A DNA stretch of 64,000 bases from the human T2T-CHM13v2.0 reference genome, Homo sapiens. The notes below the pieces were generated by a model. It was not told the origin of the DNA. It worked only from the letters and a program-made list of their open reading frames with translations, and made no database searches. Shown here one piece after another: positions 46,451 to 61,914 of this stretch; position 1 is the first letter of the stretch; each line of letters opens with the position of its first letter. The DNA is taken from NCBI RefSeq assembly GCF_009914755.1, contig NC_060925.1; one strand, 5' to 3'. Position numbers and translations under genes: made by a program.

Positions 46451-47204
46451 CAATTCCTTTCAATGAGCACATGTGGGATAACACTGGCAGCTCATAGATG
46501 TAGTTGCCCTGTAAGTTCTGTGTGAATTTCCTCCATGGGATGATGCCCTGTGTGCTCCCAATAGATGTAGAGCGATGGGCGCTGTGTGGCTCAGCAGAGG
46601 CAGCTGCGGAGGAGTGAGTGGTGAAGCATTTTTACACAGACACGTCTTGTGCAAACTAAGCAATGCCTGGACAGAGGATGATGTCCTGTGATGAAGCAGC
46701 AGATGGAGGCTGCAGATGTGTGAAGGTTGCGTTCGGCCCACATGGAATCCAAGAGCTCCACAAGGCATCTCGGCTGTCCAACTTCCTGTCAGAATTGGCA
46801 CCGAGACGAGCTCCAGCTCCTAGCTTACTCTTAATTTAAACCAAATAAGAGAGAGGAGATGACTTGAAGGAAGCATCTGGGTACAAGGACACCAGAGGAA
46901 AGCAGGAGATGGAAGGCAGCGAGAGTTCCCAGGATTTACAAACGGATCCTCTTGTCATTGCTTGCCATCTGGTCCCGTGCCTGGTCCCCACCCCTCACAG
47001 TCAGCTGGAAAGCTGTCTGATAATGCGCTCGGGTGGGCTTCGCTAGCAGCAGTCTATGTTGGAAAGTAGTTTCCTTTCTGGAAAGTAGTTTGGAAACATA
47101 TATTATGATGCATGAAAGTGTAAGACCACTTCAACCATGGACCCCATCCTTGAGATTTCAATTAAGGAAATAACTAAAATAAAGGAAATAGCTAAAATGA
47201 AGGA

Positions 47205-47549
<345 letters not shown>

Positions 47550-48162
47550 CTATTATTTTGTTGTACATATGCAAGTGAAGAGTTGGAAGCAAACTAAACC
47601 TTCAACAGCAGTAACCCTGTGGTCTACTTAATGGAATCTAAGCCATTGTTAACAAGTAGAATTATGAAGATGATGCATTCAACAAATATTTATTGAATGC
47701 TTCTAATATGCCAAGCGCTGTATTGAAGAATGAAACAGTAAACAAAGCAGCCCAAATTCCTACTTTCTCCCAGTTTATGCTCTAGTGTGAATGGCAAAGG
47801 AGAGCTGCTGCGACAAGAAAAGAGGTGAAGATCAGAATTAAGTGAAAAACGCAGAGGAGAAAAACTACACCTATCACGTGACTCTTTCCATGCAATGCGT
47901 TCAATTCCACAGACAAGGGTTGAAAGGAAACAAGAACGAATAAAGACAGGCAGCTGATGGAGTGATGTGGCTCTGAACCAGTTTCTTTCCTTTACTGTTT
48001 TTCCAATGTCTTTAGTGCAATATTTAAAAAAAATCAAAATGAGAAAAATCATCTGATATTTTTAGCATGCACTTTCCTGTTCCAAAAAGAGATATATTTA
48101 TCCAACTTCGTGGAAGCCCAAGAAAAAATATAATAAAAACATGTTTGTGGAAAGAAGGGAAG

Positions 48163-48908
<746 letters not shown>

Positions 48909-49702
48909 CCATCCCCAGAAAAAAGGAAGAAGGGAGGAAGGAAGGGAAAGAGAAGGGAAGGGAGGGAAATGGATAGATGTAGCTTTTGTGTTTATTTTGG
49001 GCTGTAATCTGAGCCCTTTTGTCTGCATACTTATCTCTGTAGGTTCCAAGCCCATGAGAACGAAATGAAAGGTTTAAATGTTATCCTGGTTTGTTTTTGT
49101 AAATGATTCCCTGTTTATTGTCACCACCATAGTTCACTTGAGATCCAGTAAAGGTAAATTCTCTAAACAACTACAAAAACACCAAGTATCTGGGGACTAC
49201 CTGCAGCCAAATTCTATTATAACCTCTGAATTCTAACTCTAACAATGTAAACTGTTTTTCTCATAAGTGCCTGCTGTCTAAGTCCCAACCACCCATCCAC
49301 CTAGACGCAGCTGGCTCTATGTAGACTACTGTTGTTACAGGATGACTGTGATGTGTATTTCTTTTAAAATATTTTCTTTTCTTGTTTTCTAGATCCAGTG
49401 GGCAGAGTCCGGGGCACTTTTGGTAAAGAGGTGAGATTATGAAGCTCTTTTTTGCTGCTCCCTGTATTTTCCACCATCTGCTCCCATATTCCTGCTACTT
49501 AGAGTCCACCTGCTGCTTCAGCCATGTCATTTGTCTTCAGGTCCTGCCCTGAGCTCCTCTGTGGCATTGCCCTGCACTGAACAGCTGTTGTTTTAGGACA
49601 GGCTGCATTTCTGTGAGTACAAGATGGTCTTTGCAGGTGGCTGGTACATGAATTTTAAGCTTGTTGAGTGCTTTGAGATATGAAGCTAAAAATACATGTG
49701 GG

Positions 49703-49705
<3 letters not shown>

Positions 49706-49740
<35 letters not shown>
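49706..49740. repeat. (TG)n microsatellite followed by (GA)n
   Basis: Seen directly in the sequence. Confidence 0.95.
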
Positions 49741-49743
<3 letters not shown>

Positions 49744-50614
49744 AGAGAGAGATTATTCTTTGTACAAAGAAAAAGTGACAAGGGGTTATATGCCGCTGAT
49801 GTTCCTGCATCATCATCATCAAATACTGTTTATTAAGCTTCCTCCACATCGCTGATGTTAAGGGCTTGCAGATTCTCTTGGGTTTCTCTTTTCTTCCTCT
49901 CCCTGTACTCAGCCTCCAACATCATTCTACCCTCCCAGCTCTTACCTTAGCAGTTTTGTACTAGTTTCTGTACTAAGACTTGACTACTCAATGTTATGAA
50001 GAAGAACAGGAATGCTGTGGCCAAAGAGGGATGGCCCAATGTGCAAAAGCACACACCCTCACACCTTCTCAAAGAACAGGACAGAGCATTCCTTAGCCTC
50101 TCTAAGGAAGCCCTGAAATGATGTATCATCCTTTCCCATGGGGAGGATATTAAATACAAGTAGAGGGTTTCTGCTTCCAAAAATGTGTTGAAGACTCCTT
50201 CCAATAAAGCCTTGTGTTGGAGGTAGAGATGCAGCACCAGATCCCCTGTTGCAGGAGGATTTGTGGCCTCACCTGCTGGAAGTGTGTATGCAGAAAGGAA
50301 GGCCACATCCAGTGACTAATCACGGCAAGGATATAAAAGCTGGGCCAGTTTGGACCAACATGGGACAGACAACATGGACCGTGTTAGTTCCAGAACTCCT
50401 TATGGGTCATCTGAGTTTGTCACTAACCCTACATCAATCTCAACTTCTCCCTCTGCCCAATCCTGCTTCTGTTTCCTTCCTGACACAGCTGTTGACCCAA
50501 GGGCCCTCCATAATAAATACTTATCCTGCCTACTATCCACCTCGCTGTCTGCTTACTGGAGAACCCAATCTGCAATGGTTGGTCCTGGAAGTGATTTGAG
50601 AAAGAGAAGATGAC

Positions 50615-50893
50615 TCGGTATGGTGGCTCACACCTGTAATCACAGCACTTTGGGAGGCGAAGTTGGGAAGATCACTTGAAGCCAGGAGTTTAAGAACAGC
50701 CTGGCCAACACAGTGAGACCCTGTAACGATTACATTTTTTTTCAATGAGTTGGGCATGGTGGTGCACTCCTTAAGTCCCAACTACTCAGGAGGCTAAGGC
50801 AGAAGGATCTCTGGAACCCAGGTGTTTGAGGCTGCAGTGAGCTATGATTGCACCACTGCATTCTAGCCTGGCTGACAGAGTGAGACCTTGCTG
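50615..50893 (+). mobile_element. AluJ-like element
   Basis: Diverged dimer. Confidence 0.88.
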
Positions 50894-51115
50894 AGAAAGA
50901 GAGAAGGAGGTGGGGGAAGAGGGAGGGAAGAAAGAAGGGAAGGAAAGAAAGAAAGAGAAAGAAAGAAAGAAAAAAAGAAAGAAAGGAAGGAAGGAGAGAT
51001 AAGAGAGAGAGAAAGGAAGGAAGGAAGGGAGGGGAAGAAGGAATAAAGAAAGAAAAAGAGAAAGGAAGGAAAAAGGGAAAGGAAGGAAGGAGGGAGGGAG
51101 GAAGAAAAGGAAAGC
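50894..51115. repeat. Polypurine (GAAA/GGAA)n tract derived from the Alu tail
   Basis: About 220 bp almost entirely G/A. Confidence 0.92.
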
Positions 51116-51509
51116 AAGTGGCTAGATGAGGTTTGAGAGCTGAATCCCTCTCTGGCTGGCAATGAGGACCCCATAGCTGGTGGTCAGTGGAGCAAAGACA
51201 GACATGGCACAAAGTGGTAACCTGTAACCCAGTTTTTATGACTTGCTGCTCTACTGAATGGTAGGCCAGAGGGAAGGAATGTTCTAGCTGGTGGAGGTAT
51301 CTGGTATTTTAGGAATATGTGGGGAATAGTTACTGCAAGGACAACAGAACTGAGGAGCTATTGATGATCTAAGCATGATTGATGATTAGAAGAAAGTAAT
51401 GAAAGGCTAAGTGCATTAAGAAGCTCTTATCTTTTCCAGGAGGAGGACAGAGAAAGCTCAGGACAAGGCACAGGACTTAATCATCAGCATGGTAGGACTC
51501 CAAAGAGCT

Positions 51510-52015
51510 CCACACAAAATCTTGTGCATGAATGTTCATTGCAGCATTCTTCACAGTAGCCAAAAGGTGGAAACAACCCAAATGTCCATCAATGAGCTGA
51601 TGGATATCAAAACATATCCACACCACCTGTGAACTATTATTTGGCCATAAAAGGAGTGAAGTACTGATACATGCTACAACATGGATGAACCTTGAAAACA
51701 TGATGCTAAGTGAAAGAAACCAGTCTCAAGAGTCCAGATATTATATAAATCAATTTATATGAAAGTCAAGAATAGGGGAATCTATAGAGAAAGTAGATTT
51801 GTTGTTGCTTAGGGCTAGGGGTGGGCTGAGTCATAGGGATAGGTAAATGATAGCTACAAGTTACGGGTTTTCTTTTAAAGGTGATGAAAATATTCTGATT
51901 TTGACCACAGTGATGGTTGTACGACTCCGTGAATATACTAGAAACCACTGAATTGAACGCATTAAATGAGTGACTTGTACGGTATATATAAAGCATAAGG
52001 CTATTTAAAAAGTAA
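51510..52015 (+). mobile_element. L1MB-like 3' end
   Basis: GTGGAAACAACCCAAATGTCCATCAA..CATGGATGAACCTTGAAAACATGATGCTAAGTGAAAGAA. Confidence 0.88.
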
Positions 52016-53754
52016 AGGCGGGAAAACCTAGGTGCAGACACATTACTATACTAAACGGGGGGAAAAGAGGCCTTCTGCTGGTAATTGAGGCAAAATTCTC
52101 ACCTCCACTGAGGAGCAGGACTCACTCCCTCAGCCATGTGGAGCTCTCTTAAGATGATCTGACTGTGTTGTTGGATAAATGCTGTCATTCATTGACATCC
52201 CAGTTGACACATTGCAACAAAAATCATTGTGACAAGGGCAGAAAAAGAACGTTCTCCTAGATTCACCAAATCAATGACAAATGAGCGAGTCTTCTGCTTT
52301 TATAGCTGGAAGAACTTCACAAAGTAAGCTGAGCACATTTCCATCAAGCCAGGCTAAGGGTCAGACTTTTCCAGGCATTGTATGTCTCCACCGCTTCTTT
52401 CTGTCACCTCTTAAAGGGCATCAGAGGTTATTTCACAGAGGCAAGTGATGTATTCCCAGGAGACACAATGATAATGAAGGAGCCAGAGATTTCTGGTTAT
52501 AGAATTGCCTCTGCCGCCAAAAGGCTGAAGATCTTTTGGAAATTAATTTAGCCAAATGTAGATAATTTCAATTTTTCCCATCTAAAAATGCAGAGGGTAG
52601 GCTATGTGGTATCCTAGCACCTTTCAATGATGATATTCTAGATGCTATTTTTTTGGCATACCTGAGAGCCTTTTGGTCTGATTCTGGCTTTCAGGATGGA
52701 ATACTACAGAGTGCAATGACTGTGTAGTTGAATGTCATATTCTAAGACTGAGTTGAGCATTATATGCCAAAAAGGGTCCTTCTGGCTTTGTTCTTATGGG
52801 AAGTCAAGAGCAGTGAGTGGTCCTATTATGTGGTTCTGGCACTCAGCTTTCCTAAACTTTCATCTTGGAGAGGACTCTGGATCCCATCCCTGCCCTCCGT
52901 TAAAAACTCTTCCATCAGAATTGCCAAAGACCTCATCATTTCCAAAAGCCTTTTAGTAGTTATTACCTTCTGTATGGTAACATTTAATACCATTTTACCC
53001 GCTTTTGTCTACGAAGCTCTCCTATTCTACGGCTTTATGATGCTTTTTTCTTTCTATTACCCTGCTTCTTCTGGAACACACTTTGTTTGTCTCCATGGGT
53101 CCTTCTATGTTGTCCTCTCTTTGGAGGGGACATCCTTCAATGTCTTTCCTTGGCCTTCTTCTCTCCCTTCTCCACTGGCTTCTTCGGGGAGATGACTCAC
53201 TCTCACAATTTCAGCTGTTATTTTTGTATCTTTCTTTCCTGGAACACATCTCCACCTCTGACCACTTCGTGGAATTCTAAGTTTCTAACGGCTTGCTGAA
53301 CATCATCACTTGAATGTCCTGCCAATGCATCGAATTCAGCATACTCAAAATAGACCTTGTCTTTGTCCCCAAAGTGGTTCTGTTTCCTAAATGGTGTTTC
53401 CCAGGCACCTGGCGTCAAAACTCCCAAGGCATCCATTGATCACCATGGACGCCTCCCTTCCCCTCAGACCCCATATCAGATCTGGCCTCCACAGTGTCTT
53501 GGCAACCTCTTAACTTTTGTATCTTCTATGTACCCACTCAGCTGCAGGCTTGCAGCTCGCATCCTCCCTTTCTCATGCCATTGGGTATGAGAAAGTTTCC
53601 CCAATGGTACTCTGGCTTCCATCCCCTCAGCCTCTTCAGCGACCTTCTCCATATTTCTGGCATTGGGTGCTTCTCTCCTCTCCCTTCAAACTTTGCCTTT
53701 CCATCAGTATTGTAACATCCTTCACGTCTGTGGAGAACACGTTATCTGAACACT

Positions 53755-54054
53755 TATTTATTTATTTTTTAGAGAAAAGATCTTACTCTGTCATCCAGGC
53801 TGGAGTGCAATGGCATGATCATGGCTTACTGTAACCTTGACCTCCTGGGCTCAAGCAATCCTCTAGACTCAGCCTCTTGAGGAGCTAGGACTATGGGTGT
53901 GTGCCACCATGCCTGGCTAAGTTTTAAATACTTTTGTAGAGATGGGGTCTTGCTATATTGCCCAGGGTGATCTTGAACTCCTGGCCTCCAGCAATCCTCC
54001 TACTTCAGCCTCCCAAAATGCTGAGATTACAGGCATGAACCACTGTGCCTGGCC
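53755..54054 (-). mobile_element. AluJ-like element
   Basis: Antisense dimer. Confidence 0.9.
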
Positions 54055-54109
54055 TATACTATTTATCAACATCTTCCTCCCATTAGCTTAATTTTAATTA
54101 ATTATATTT

Positions 54110-54990
54110 AATTAAAATATTATTCATAAACTCTACCTTTCAAAAATGTACAATCGAGTGGTTTTCAGTATATTCACAGGTCATGCAGCCACCACTGCCA
54201 TGTAGTCCCAGGATATTTTCATCACCCCAAAAAGAAATCCCATACCCATTAGGAGTCTTTTCCCATTCTCCCCTATTCCCAGCTCCTGGCAAACACTAAT
54301 TGATTCTCTGTCTCCATACATTTGCCTGTTCTGGATGCTTCATAAGAATGCAATCATTCAACACGTGGTCCTTTGTTGTTGGCTTCTTTCACTTAGCATA
54401 CTGTCAACAAGGTTCATCCATGTGGCAGTGTATATCAGAACTTCATTCTTTCATGGTTGAATACTCTGATTTCTATTCAGATCTCTTTTGCCTTTTATGG
54501 CTGAATAATGTCTCATTGTACAAATATACCACATTTTGTTTATCTATTCAGCTACTGATAGATGTCTGGGTTGTTTACACCTTTTGGCAATGATGAATAA
54601 TGCTGCTATAAACACTTATGTCCAAGTCTTTGTTTACACAGCTGTTTTCATTTCTCTTGGGTATATATTTAGGAGTACAACGGCTGGATTTATGGTTGAC
54701 TTTTTGAGGAACTTCCAACTGGTTTTCAAAATGGCTGCACTATTTTACATTCTTAATCATCAATGTATGGGCCCTTCAATTTGTCCATGTCCTTGTCAAC
54801 ACTTGCTGTTTTCTGTCTATTCTACTCTAGCCATCCTAGTGAATGTGAAGTGATATCTTATTGGGGTTTGGATTTGCATTTTTCTACTGACTACTAATAC
54901 TGAGCATGTTTTCATGTGCTTTTTGATTATTTGTGTATCTTCTTTGGAGAGATTCAAAATTATTTGTCTATTTTTTCATTAAATATTTAT
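54110..54990 (-). mobile_element. L1MB-like 3' end/ORF2 fragment
   Basis: TTTTCATCACCCCAAAAAGAAATCC..TGAATAATGCTGCTATAAACA..TTTGATTTGCATTT-like motif. Confidence 0.85.
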
Positions 54991-55071
54991 AGACAGAAAA
55001 TTTGTTTTATTTTTTGCTAGTTTTATTTTCAAAATTTATTATGCTATATTGCAAATATCAAAGGGAAATTA

Positions 55072-55443
<372 letters not shown>

Positions 55444-55934
55444 CTACCAATGTCTTTAAAACCTTTGTGTACTTTCTGCTGATTGCATCCCTTGTCTATC
55501 CCTCCCCAGGGTGTTTTACTTTTCTGTTTAACATTCCTATGATTTTTATTTTTAAATGTCTCATTCCTTAACAACATTGCTTTTAAGTTTATATAAATTG
55601 TGTTCTAGTGTACATTTTCTTCTGCAAGTTGATTTTTTGTTTAACTTTATGCTTATGAAATTCATCCATGGTAATATGTTTAGCTCTGGTTCATTTGTTT
55701 TCTCTGTTTTGTTTCCCTATAGGAATATATCACAACAGACTTATCCATTTTTATGATTTACCGCCTCCAAATCATTCTCCACACTGCTGCTAGAGAGATC
55801 TTTGTAAAATGCAGATTTGATCAGAACACTTCCCTGTTTAAAATGTGCTAGTGTCTTCTCTTTGCCATCAGGAAGGAAAAAAATCCAAAGTTGTTTGCAT
55901 GGTATAAAAACTCCTTGTGATCTGCATATAAATT

Positions 55935-58260
55935 CCTTGTGATCTGGTCTTTTGTTACCTCTTCAGACTCATTTTTTCATCTAGCTGCTCATAATATTTT
56001 CACTTTATCTTTCAGCAGTTTAACTGATGTGTTTAGTGTGTGTTTTTGTATATTTGTGTATGTGTGCATTTTATTTATCCTGCCTGGGTTCTCTCTGAGC
56101 TTGTTAAATCCATGGTTTGTTGTTTTTCATTAATTTTGGAACATTTTCATCCATTTTTTCTTCAAATATTTCTTCTCCTCCTTTCTCTCTCCTCCTCCTC
56201 CTTCTCTTCTTTTCTGATGCAAGTTCCATGAATGGGTTGGGTGTGGTGGCTCATGCCTGTTGTCCCAGTGAGTACTTTGGAAAGCAAAGGTGGGAGGATC
56301 CCTTGAGGCCCAGAGTTCAAGACCAGCCTGAGCAACATAGGGAGACCCTATCTTTACAAAAAATTAAAAAATTAGCTGGCATGCTGTCATGCACCTGTAG
56401 TCCTAGCTACTTAGTCGGCTAAGGTGGGAGGATCACTTCAATCCAGGAATTCAAGGTTACAGTGAACAATGATTGCATCACTGCACTCCAGCTAGGACAA
56501 TGAAGAGAGCCTTTGTCTTGAAAAAAAATCCACAAATGTCAGACCATTTGCTATTGTCCAACTGTCAATAGATTCCCTGCTGGTTTTTCCTACTCTTTTT
56601 CCTCTTTGTTTCATTTTGAATAATCTACTTTATCTATATTCAAGTTTACTAACTTTTTCCCTTAGCTGTGTCCAGCTTTCTAATAAGCTTATCAAAGAAA
56701 TTCTTGCTATCTGATATTGTATTTTCTATTGCTAGCATTTCCATTTGACTTCTTAAGAGAGTTTCCATTTCTCTGCTTAAATTTCTTATCTGTTCATGCT
56801 TTGGCCCATCTTTTCTACTAGGTACTAACATACTCATCACAGTTAAAGTCTCTGTTCAATAGTTACATCATCTGAGTCATCTCTGGGTCTGATTCTATTG
56901 ATTCCTTTGTCTCCTGACAGTAAGTTGTGTTTTCCTTGATTTTTTGTGTATCTTGTAACCTGTTATCGAATGATGGTTATCATTTACAGAACAGTAGTGA
57001 ATTAGGTAAATAACGTTTACACCTAGAAATAGAAACATCTCTTCTTTCATGGCATTAATATGTGTGTGTGGAGTGGTTAGTCAATCTAGTTAGTAGTTGA
57101 GAAGTATTTGAATGTTGTTGTTTGTTATCCTCAGTGCACCACAGGCTTCATATTCCCCCATGGTGGCCTGCCAGAGGGACTTCTCATGTTTGTGCTCCAC
57201 TTTCAGCTTCAGTCATCTCTGCACACCAATCCGATAGGGGTTCCCTACCCACATCTTCCCCTTCTGTAGTGGAAGACTACTATTATTACTCAGTGCTGGG
57301 CTCATTGTGAGTGGTAGGCAGGTTCTCACTTCTCTTGGTCCAGCTCAGTTTTAGGCAGGACCTGGGTGCCTCAGGTGTGAGGACTTCTTGGGATTCCTCC
57401 CTTTTCCCCCCATCACAGCTGAACTTTGCCTTGTGTCTTTGGTAGGTCTTGGGCAGGAGAGTATGTCCTACCACTTCCCTGCAAGAGCAGACCCCTGTTA
57501 TGTATTGGCACAGGATCCTGGGTCAATGACATTTTCCTGCCCCTCCTTGTGGAGCAGACAACTGATGCTTCCACCCTTCCTCCAGACACAGTAGATCTTT
57601 GGATAATTCGGGGGTAGGGGCAGGATAGAGGGTTTTTTACTCCTCCCTTAGAAGCAGACAGGATTTCTTCTTCCTCTTCTTCACCATCCCTGGGGGAGAA
57701 AGGGTTGTTGCTGCTCCCTCATGGCATGAGGTGATTGCTTCATAGCAGACAAAGGTCTGAGGAAGCAAGTGGCGTTTCATGCCTGTCCTGAGAGGCAGCA
57801 TTTGCTTCCTGCACACCCGTGTCAATGACAGGAGCTCTCTCTGGTCCCTTCCCCTAGCTGCCTCCAATCTTTCTTGCAGCTGTTGTGTGGAGATTCATGG
57901 AGAAGATCTTGGGATGAGTGCAAACTTTCTACGTATCTGACTCTCAGTTCTAAATGGATAGGTTAGCCACCTATGGCTTTCAGGAATTTGTTCAATTTTT
58001 AGCTGATTCCTTTCTACAGACTCCTACCACCACTTCTTTCTCCTCCTGTGCTCTTCCAATGTTAAAAAAGTTAATACGTTTCATTTGTCTTTGTAGGCAC
58101 TTGTCAGTCCTTAAAATTTAGTTCCTTTGGTTGCCTTGAAATCTCAGCTCTCTATTGGGTTCAAGACAAGCTCTGATTTTGTAGATGATCCAGCTTTCTC
58201 TCAGCATTAGGATATGAGGAATATTCTTTTGGGGGCTTTGTACAACCTAAGAAGACATAG
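55935..58260 (-). mobile_element. Old L1M (MC/MD-like) 5' UTR/ORF1 region containing an AluJ (~56233-56528, +)
   Basis: Minus-strand ORF 56649-56840 (EQIRNLSREMETL..MEML..ENTISD.KN) resembles the L1 ORF1 coiled coil. Confidence 0.7.
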
Positions 58261-58712
58261 AAGTCCCTGACTCATCTCTTTGTGCCTTTTCCTCTTTGTA
58301 TCCTAAGCCCTATGTGAACAAAGCATTCTGTGCTGCTGAGGCCGTGCTACGCTGTTCCCTCTGTTAGAAATGTCCTGACCTATTACTTTGTTTTTCTTTT
58401 ATTTATTATGTTGTTGTTTACCAAATTTATTCACAGACATAGTTTAAAGCAAGTGTGTTCAAAGGCTTTAAAGTACTAAAGGCAGAGGGCCCTGCTTCTT
58501 CTCTCCCCTTTTTAAATCCCTTTTCCAATGGGCTCCATGCTCAACTCCTTTAGCTGATTATTTTGGCATCTACCTTCATGTATCTAAATAACATGCTTAG
58601 ATGGCTACTTCTTGATTTTTCAGTTTTCTACAATATCAATTTACACTCCGTTACGAAATATGAGGATTTGTCTTTTATCTTTTTCTCCCACCACAAACAT
58701 CCACCTATTTGA

Positions 58713-59084
<372 letters not shown>

Positions 59085-59424
59085 TAATATGACTTTTAAA
59101 TGATTTTTTAATTAAAATGTTAATCAAAGCTTAGCCATGGAATAAATTGTAATTACTTTAGCTTTCATAAAAAATATTTTGCTTTCTCTGCAGTAATCAT
59201 TGTCTTGTTTGCTTGGTTTCTATCACCAACCCAATCCTAATAATTAGTTGAACCCTAAACTCTGTGTTCATGTCTCAATTTTTTCTCGATACATTCAAAT
59301 GCAACAGATAACCTATCAATTTCATCTTCTTTCTAACATGCTGTAGTCTGGACTGGCTGCCTTTTATGCCAGGAACTTAGCTGTTATCCCGGATCTTGCT
59401 TCCTAACAACCTGTTGTAATCTCT

Positions 59425-59819
59425 GTATTAGTCTGTTTTTACACTGCTTTAAAGAACTACCTGAGACTGGCTAGTTTACGAAGAAAAGAGGTTTAATTAA
59501 CTCCCAGTTCTACAGGCTTAACAGGAAGCAAGGCTGGGAAGCCTCAGGAAACTTACGATCATAGCAAAAGGCAAAGGGGAGGCAAGCACCTTGTTCACAT
59601 GGTGGCAGGAGAGAGAGAGAGAGCGAAACGGGAAGCACCACACACTCTTAAACAACCAGATCTCGTGAGAATTCACTCACTATCATGGGAACAACATGGA
59701 GGAAATCCACCGCCATGATCCAGTCACCAGACGGGGGTCCCCACCAAGTTCCTCCCCCAACACTGGGAATTACAATTCAACATGAGATTTGGGTGGGGAC
59801 GCAGAGACAAACCATATCA
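59425..59819 (-). mobile_element. MSTA/THE1-like MaLR LTR
   Basis: TGTATTAGTCTG..CTCAGGAAACTTACGATCAT..CAACATGAGATTTGGGTGGGGAC..AAACCATATCA. Confidence 0.88.
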
Positions 59820-59967
59820 CCCTGTTTGCTGTGGCCATCTCTTTTTCTTTTGTTTTGTTTCTTTAAGTATTTTATAGCTTCCTTGGATAATTGATGTTCC
59901 CATGGTTTATGACAGGTAAATTTATAAGACTTTACCATCATAACATTGAAACATTTATTTTATCCTA

Positions 59968-60477
59968 TGTGATTGATGGTTAATTTTAAGTGTCAACTTG
60001 ACTGGATTAAGGGCAACTAGATAACTGATAAAGCATTATTTTTTAATGTGTCTGTAAGGATTTTCCCAGAGGATGTTGGCATGTTAGTCAGTGGACTAAG
60101 GGGAGAAGATCCAACCTCAGTGTGGGTAGCACCATCCAGTCAGCTGGGGGCCTGGGTAGAATAAAGAGGCAGAGGAAAGGCAAATTCACCCTCCGTCTTC
60201 TGGAGCTGGAATGCCCTTCTCATGACCCTGCACGTCAGAGCGTTAGGCCCTTGGACTCCAGGACTTGCACCAGGGGCCTCCCCAGTTCTCAGGGCTTTCA
60301 GACTTGGACTGAGCCATGCTGCTGGCTTCCTTGCTTCTCCAGCTTGTTGATGCCCTTTCATGGGACTTCTCAGCCTCCATAATTGCATGAGCAAATTCCT
60401 CTAATAGATCCTCTTTTATCGCTCTCTCTCTACATATATATTCTATTGGTTCTGTCTCTCTGGAGAACTCTAATATG
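59968..60477 (+). mobile_element. MLT2 (ERVL) LTR
   Basis: GATGGTTAATTTTAAGTGTCAACTTGACTGGATTAAGGG..CTATTGGTTCTGTCTCTCTGGAGAAC. Confidence 0.88.
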
Positions 60478-60479
60478 TC

Positions 60480-61900
60480 CTGAAATCTGATTCATCATTT
60501 GACTGGATCAAGTGTTCTATGTTGGAAATAATATACCTTTTATATTTTAGAGACATTCTCGCATTGCCTTCTCTTTCTGATGCCATTTTGATTTCTGCTC
60601 CATTGTTTGTCTCTGGTATCCTGAAATTTTATGACAATATCCTGGGTACTTCCTGTACTCTTACAAAAATAAATGCTTTTGATTCTGGGAAATTATGTTT
60701 TTTTTTTTTTTTTTTTTATAATTTCTTCCCATTTCTTCTCTCTTTCCTGGAACTACTTTTGGGTGTTAGAGCTCCTAAATTGGTACTCTAGTTTTCTTAT
60801 CATTTCTTCTATGATCTATCTCTTTTTCTTTCTGCTTCACTTTCTAAGTGAATGCTTCAACTTTATCTTTCCTTGCTTCTGCTAAATTTCTCATATTTTT
60901 AATTTTTAAGAGTAGTTTTCTTTTCTCTGAATGTTCCTGTTTGAAGACATTCTGTTTTTGTTTTATGAAAGCAATATCTTTTCTCTCTGATGATACTAAA
61001 GAGAAGTTTGTGCATTTTCTTCTTCTTGTGTAACTGCTGTTTCTTTCAAGTTTTCTTTTGCTGCTTGTTTTGGTTTCTAACACCTATTTTAGGGGCTTTT
61101 CTCAAATGCCTGGTTTTCTTGGTTGCTCATTTTTAAGAGTGGCTTACTAAGAAAACTATTGAAAGCTCTAAGTTTGTTTGTGGGGCTGGTGGAATTGTAG
61201 GAATCGCTGTTAGGAAAGTAGCTGGGCTGTTACATTGGAAAAATCTGTCAGTAGCATTAAGTCTTTCTTATAGGGATAGTCAGATGCCCCTGTGAAGGCT
61301 CTTCCAATATCTACCTAGAGAAGTAGCATGTGCCACCAGCATTCTGGGAGCTGAGTTTGGGAAAAGGGATGGGGATTTCAGTATCTATAAATATGTGTTT
61401 ACTCAGCCCTTTTGCTTCAGTATGGTGCCCTCACTCCCAGCTGGGCCTCCATCTCTAGTCCAGGGACCTTCTTCAGAGAACAAGCCTCCCATCTCCTGCT
61501 GGGATAGACAGGGTGCATCCACCCATCTCTATGGAGGGAGCTGGGGAGAGGATCTCAGGATCTAACTCATAAGCAACTTAGCACTATTTATTTAGACCTA
61601 CCTTTACACACACACACACATACATGCATACACACATGCACACACACATGTGCACACACATGCATGCAAACATGCACACACACATGCACACACACATATG
61701 CACACACGCACACTTGTATTCTAGAGGTAACCACTGCCACCAATTCTTGTGACTTTGGGATTCTCTGGTGTTAATTGGATTGATTCTTGGCCTCCTTCAA
61801 TACTGGTTTAGCATTCAGCTTTCTCAGGTCTTTTAATTCATTATCACTCTCCACAACTCACCCAAACCCTCCCATCGGGCCTTGAGAGATTAATATGTCA
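60480..61900 (-). mobile_element. Old HAL1/L1M fragment
   Basis: T-rich antisense LINE-like sequence; minus ORF 60844-61083 resembles an ORF1 coiled coil. Confidence 0.5.
61606..61712. repeat. (CA)n/(CACATG)n alternating purine-pyrimidine repeat
   Basis: Seen directly in the sequence. Confidence 0.92.
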
Positions 61901-61914
61901 TCAGTATGTCAAAT

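Larger units (their letters stand above)
50245..51500 (+). mobile_element. Old ERVL element: LTR16-like LTR (~50245-50577), PBS-like TGGTCCTGGAAGTG, and ERV3-16A3-like internal leader (interrupted by an Alu)
   Basis: TATAAAA at ~50332, CTTCTCCCTCTGCCCAATCCTGCTTC, AATAAA at ~50512, GAGAACCCAATCTGCAA; the internal GGCTGGCAATGAGGACCCCAT resumes at about 51150. Confidence 0.65.
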
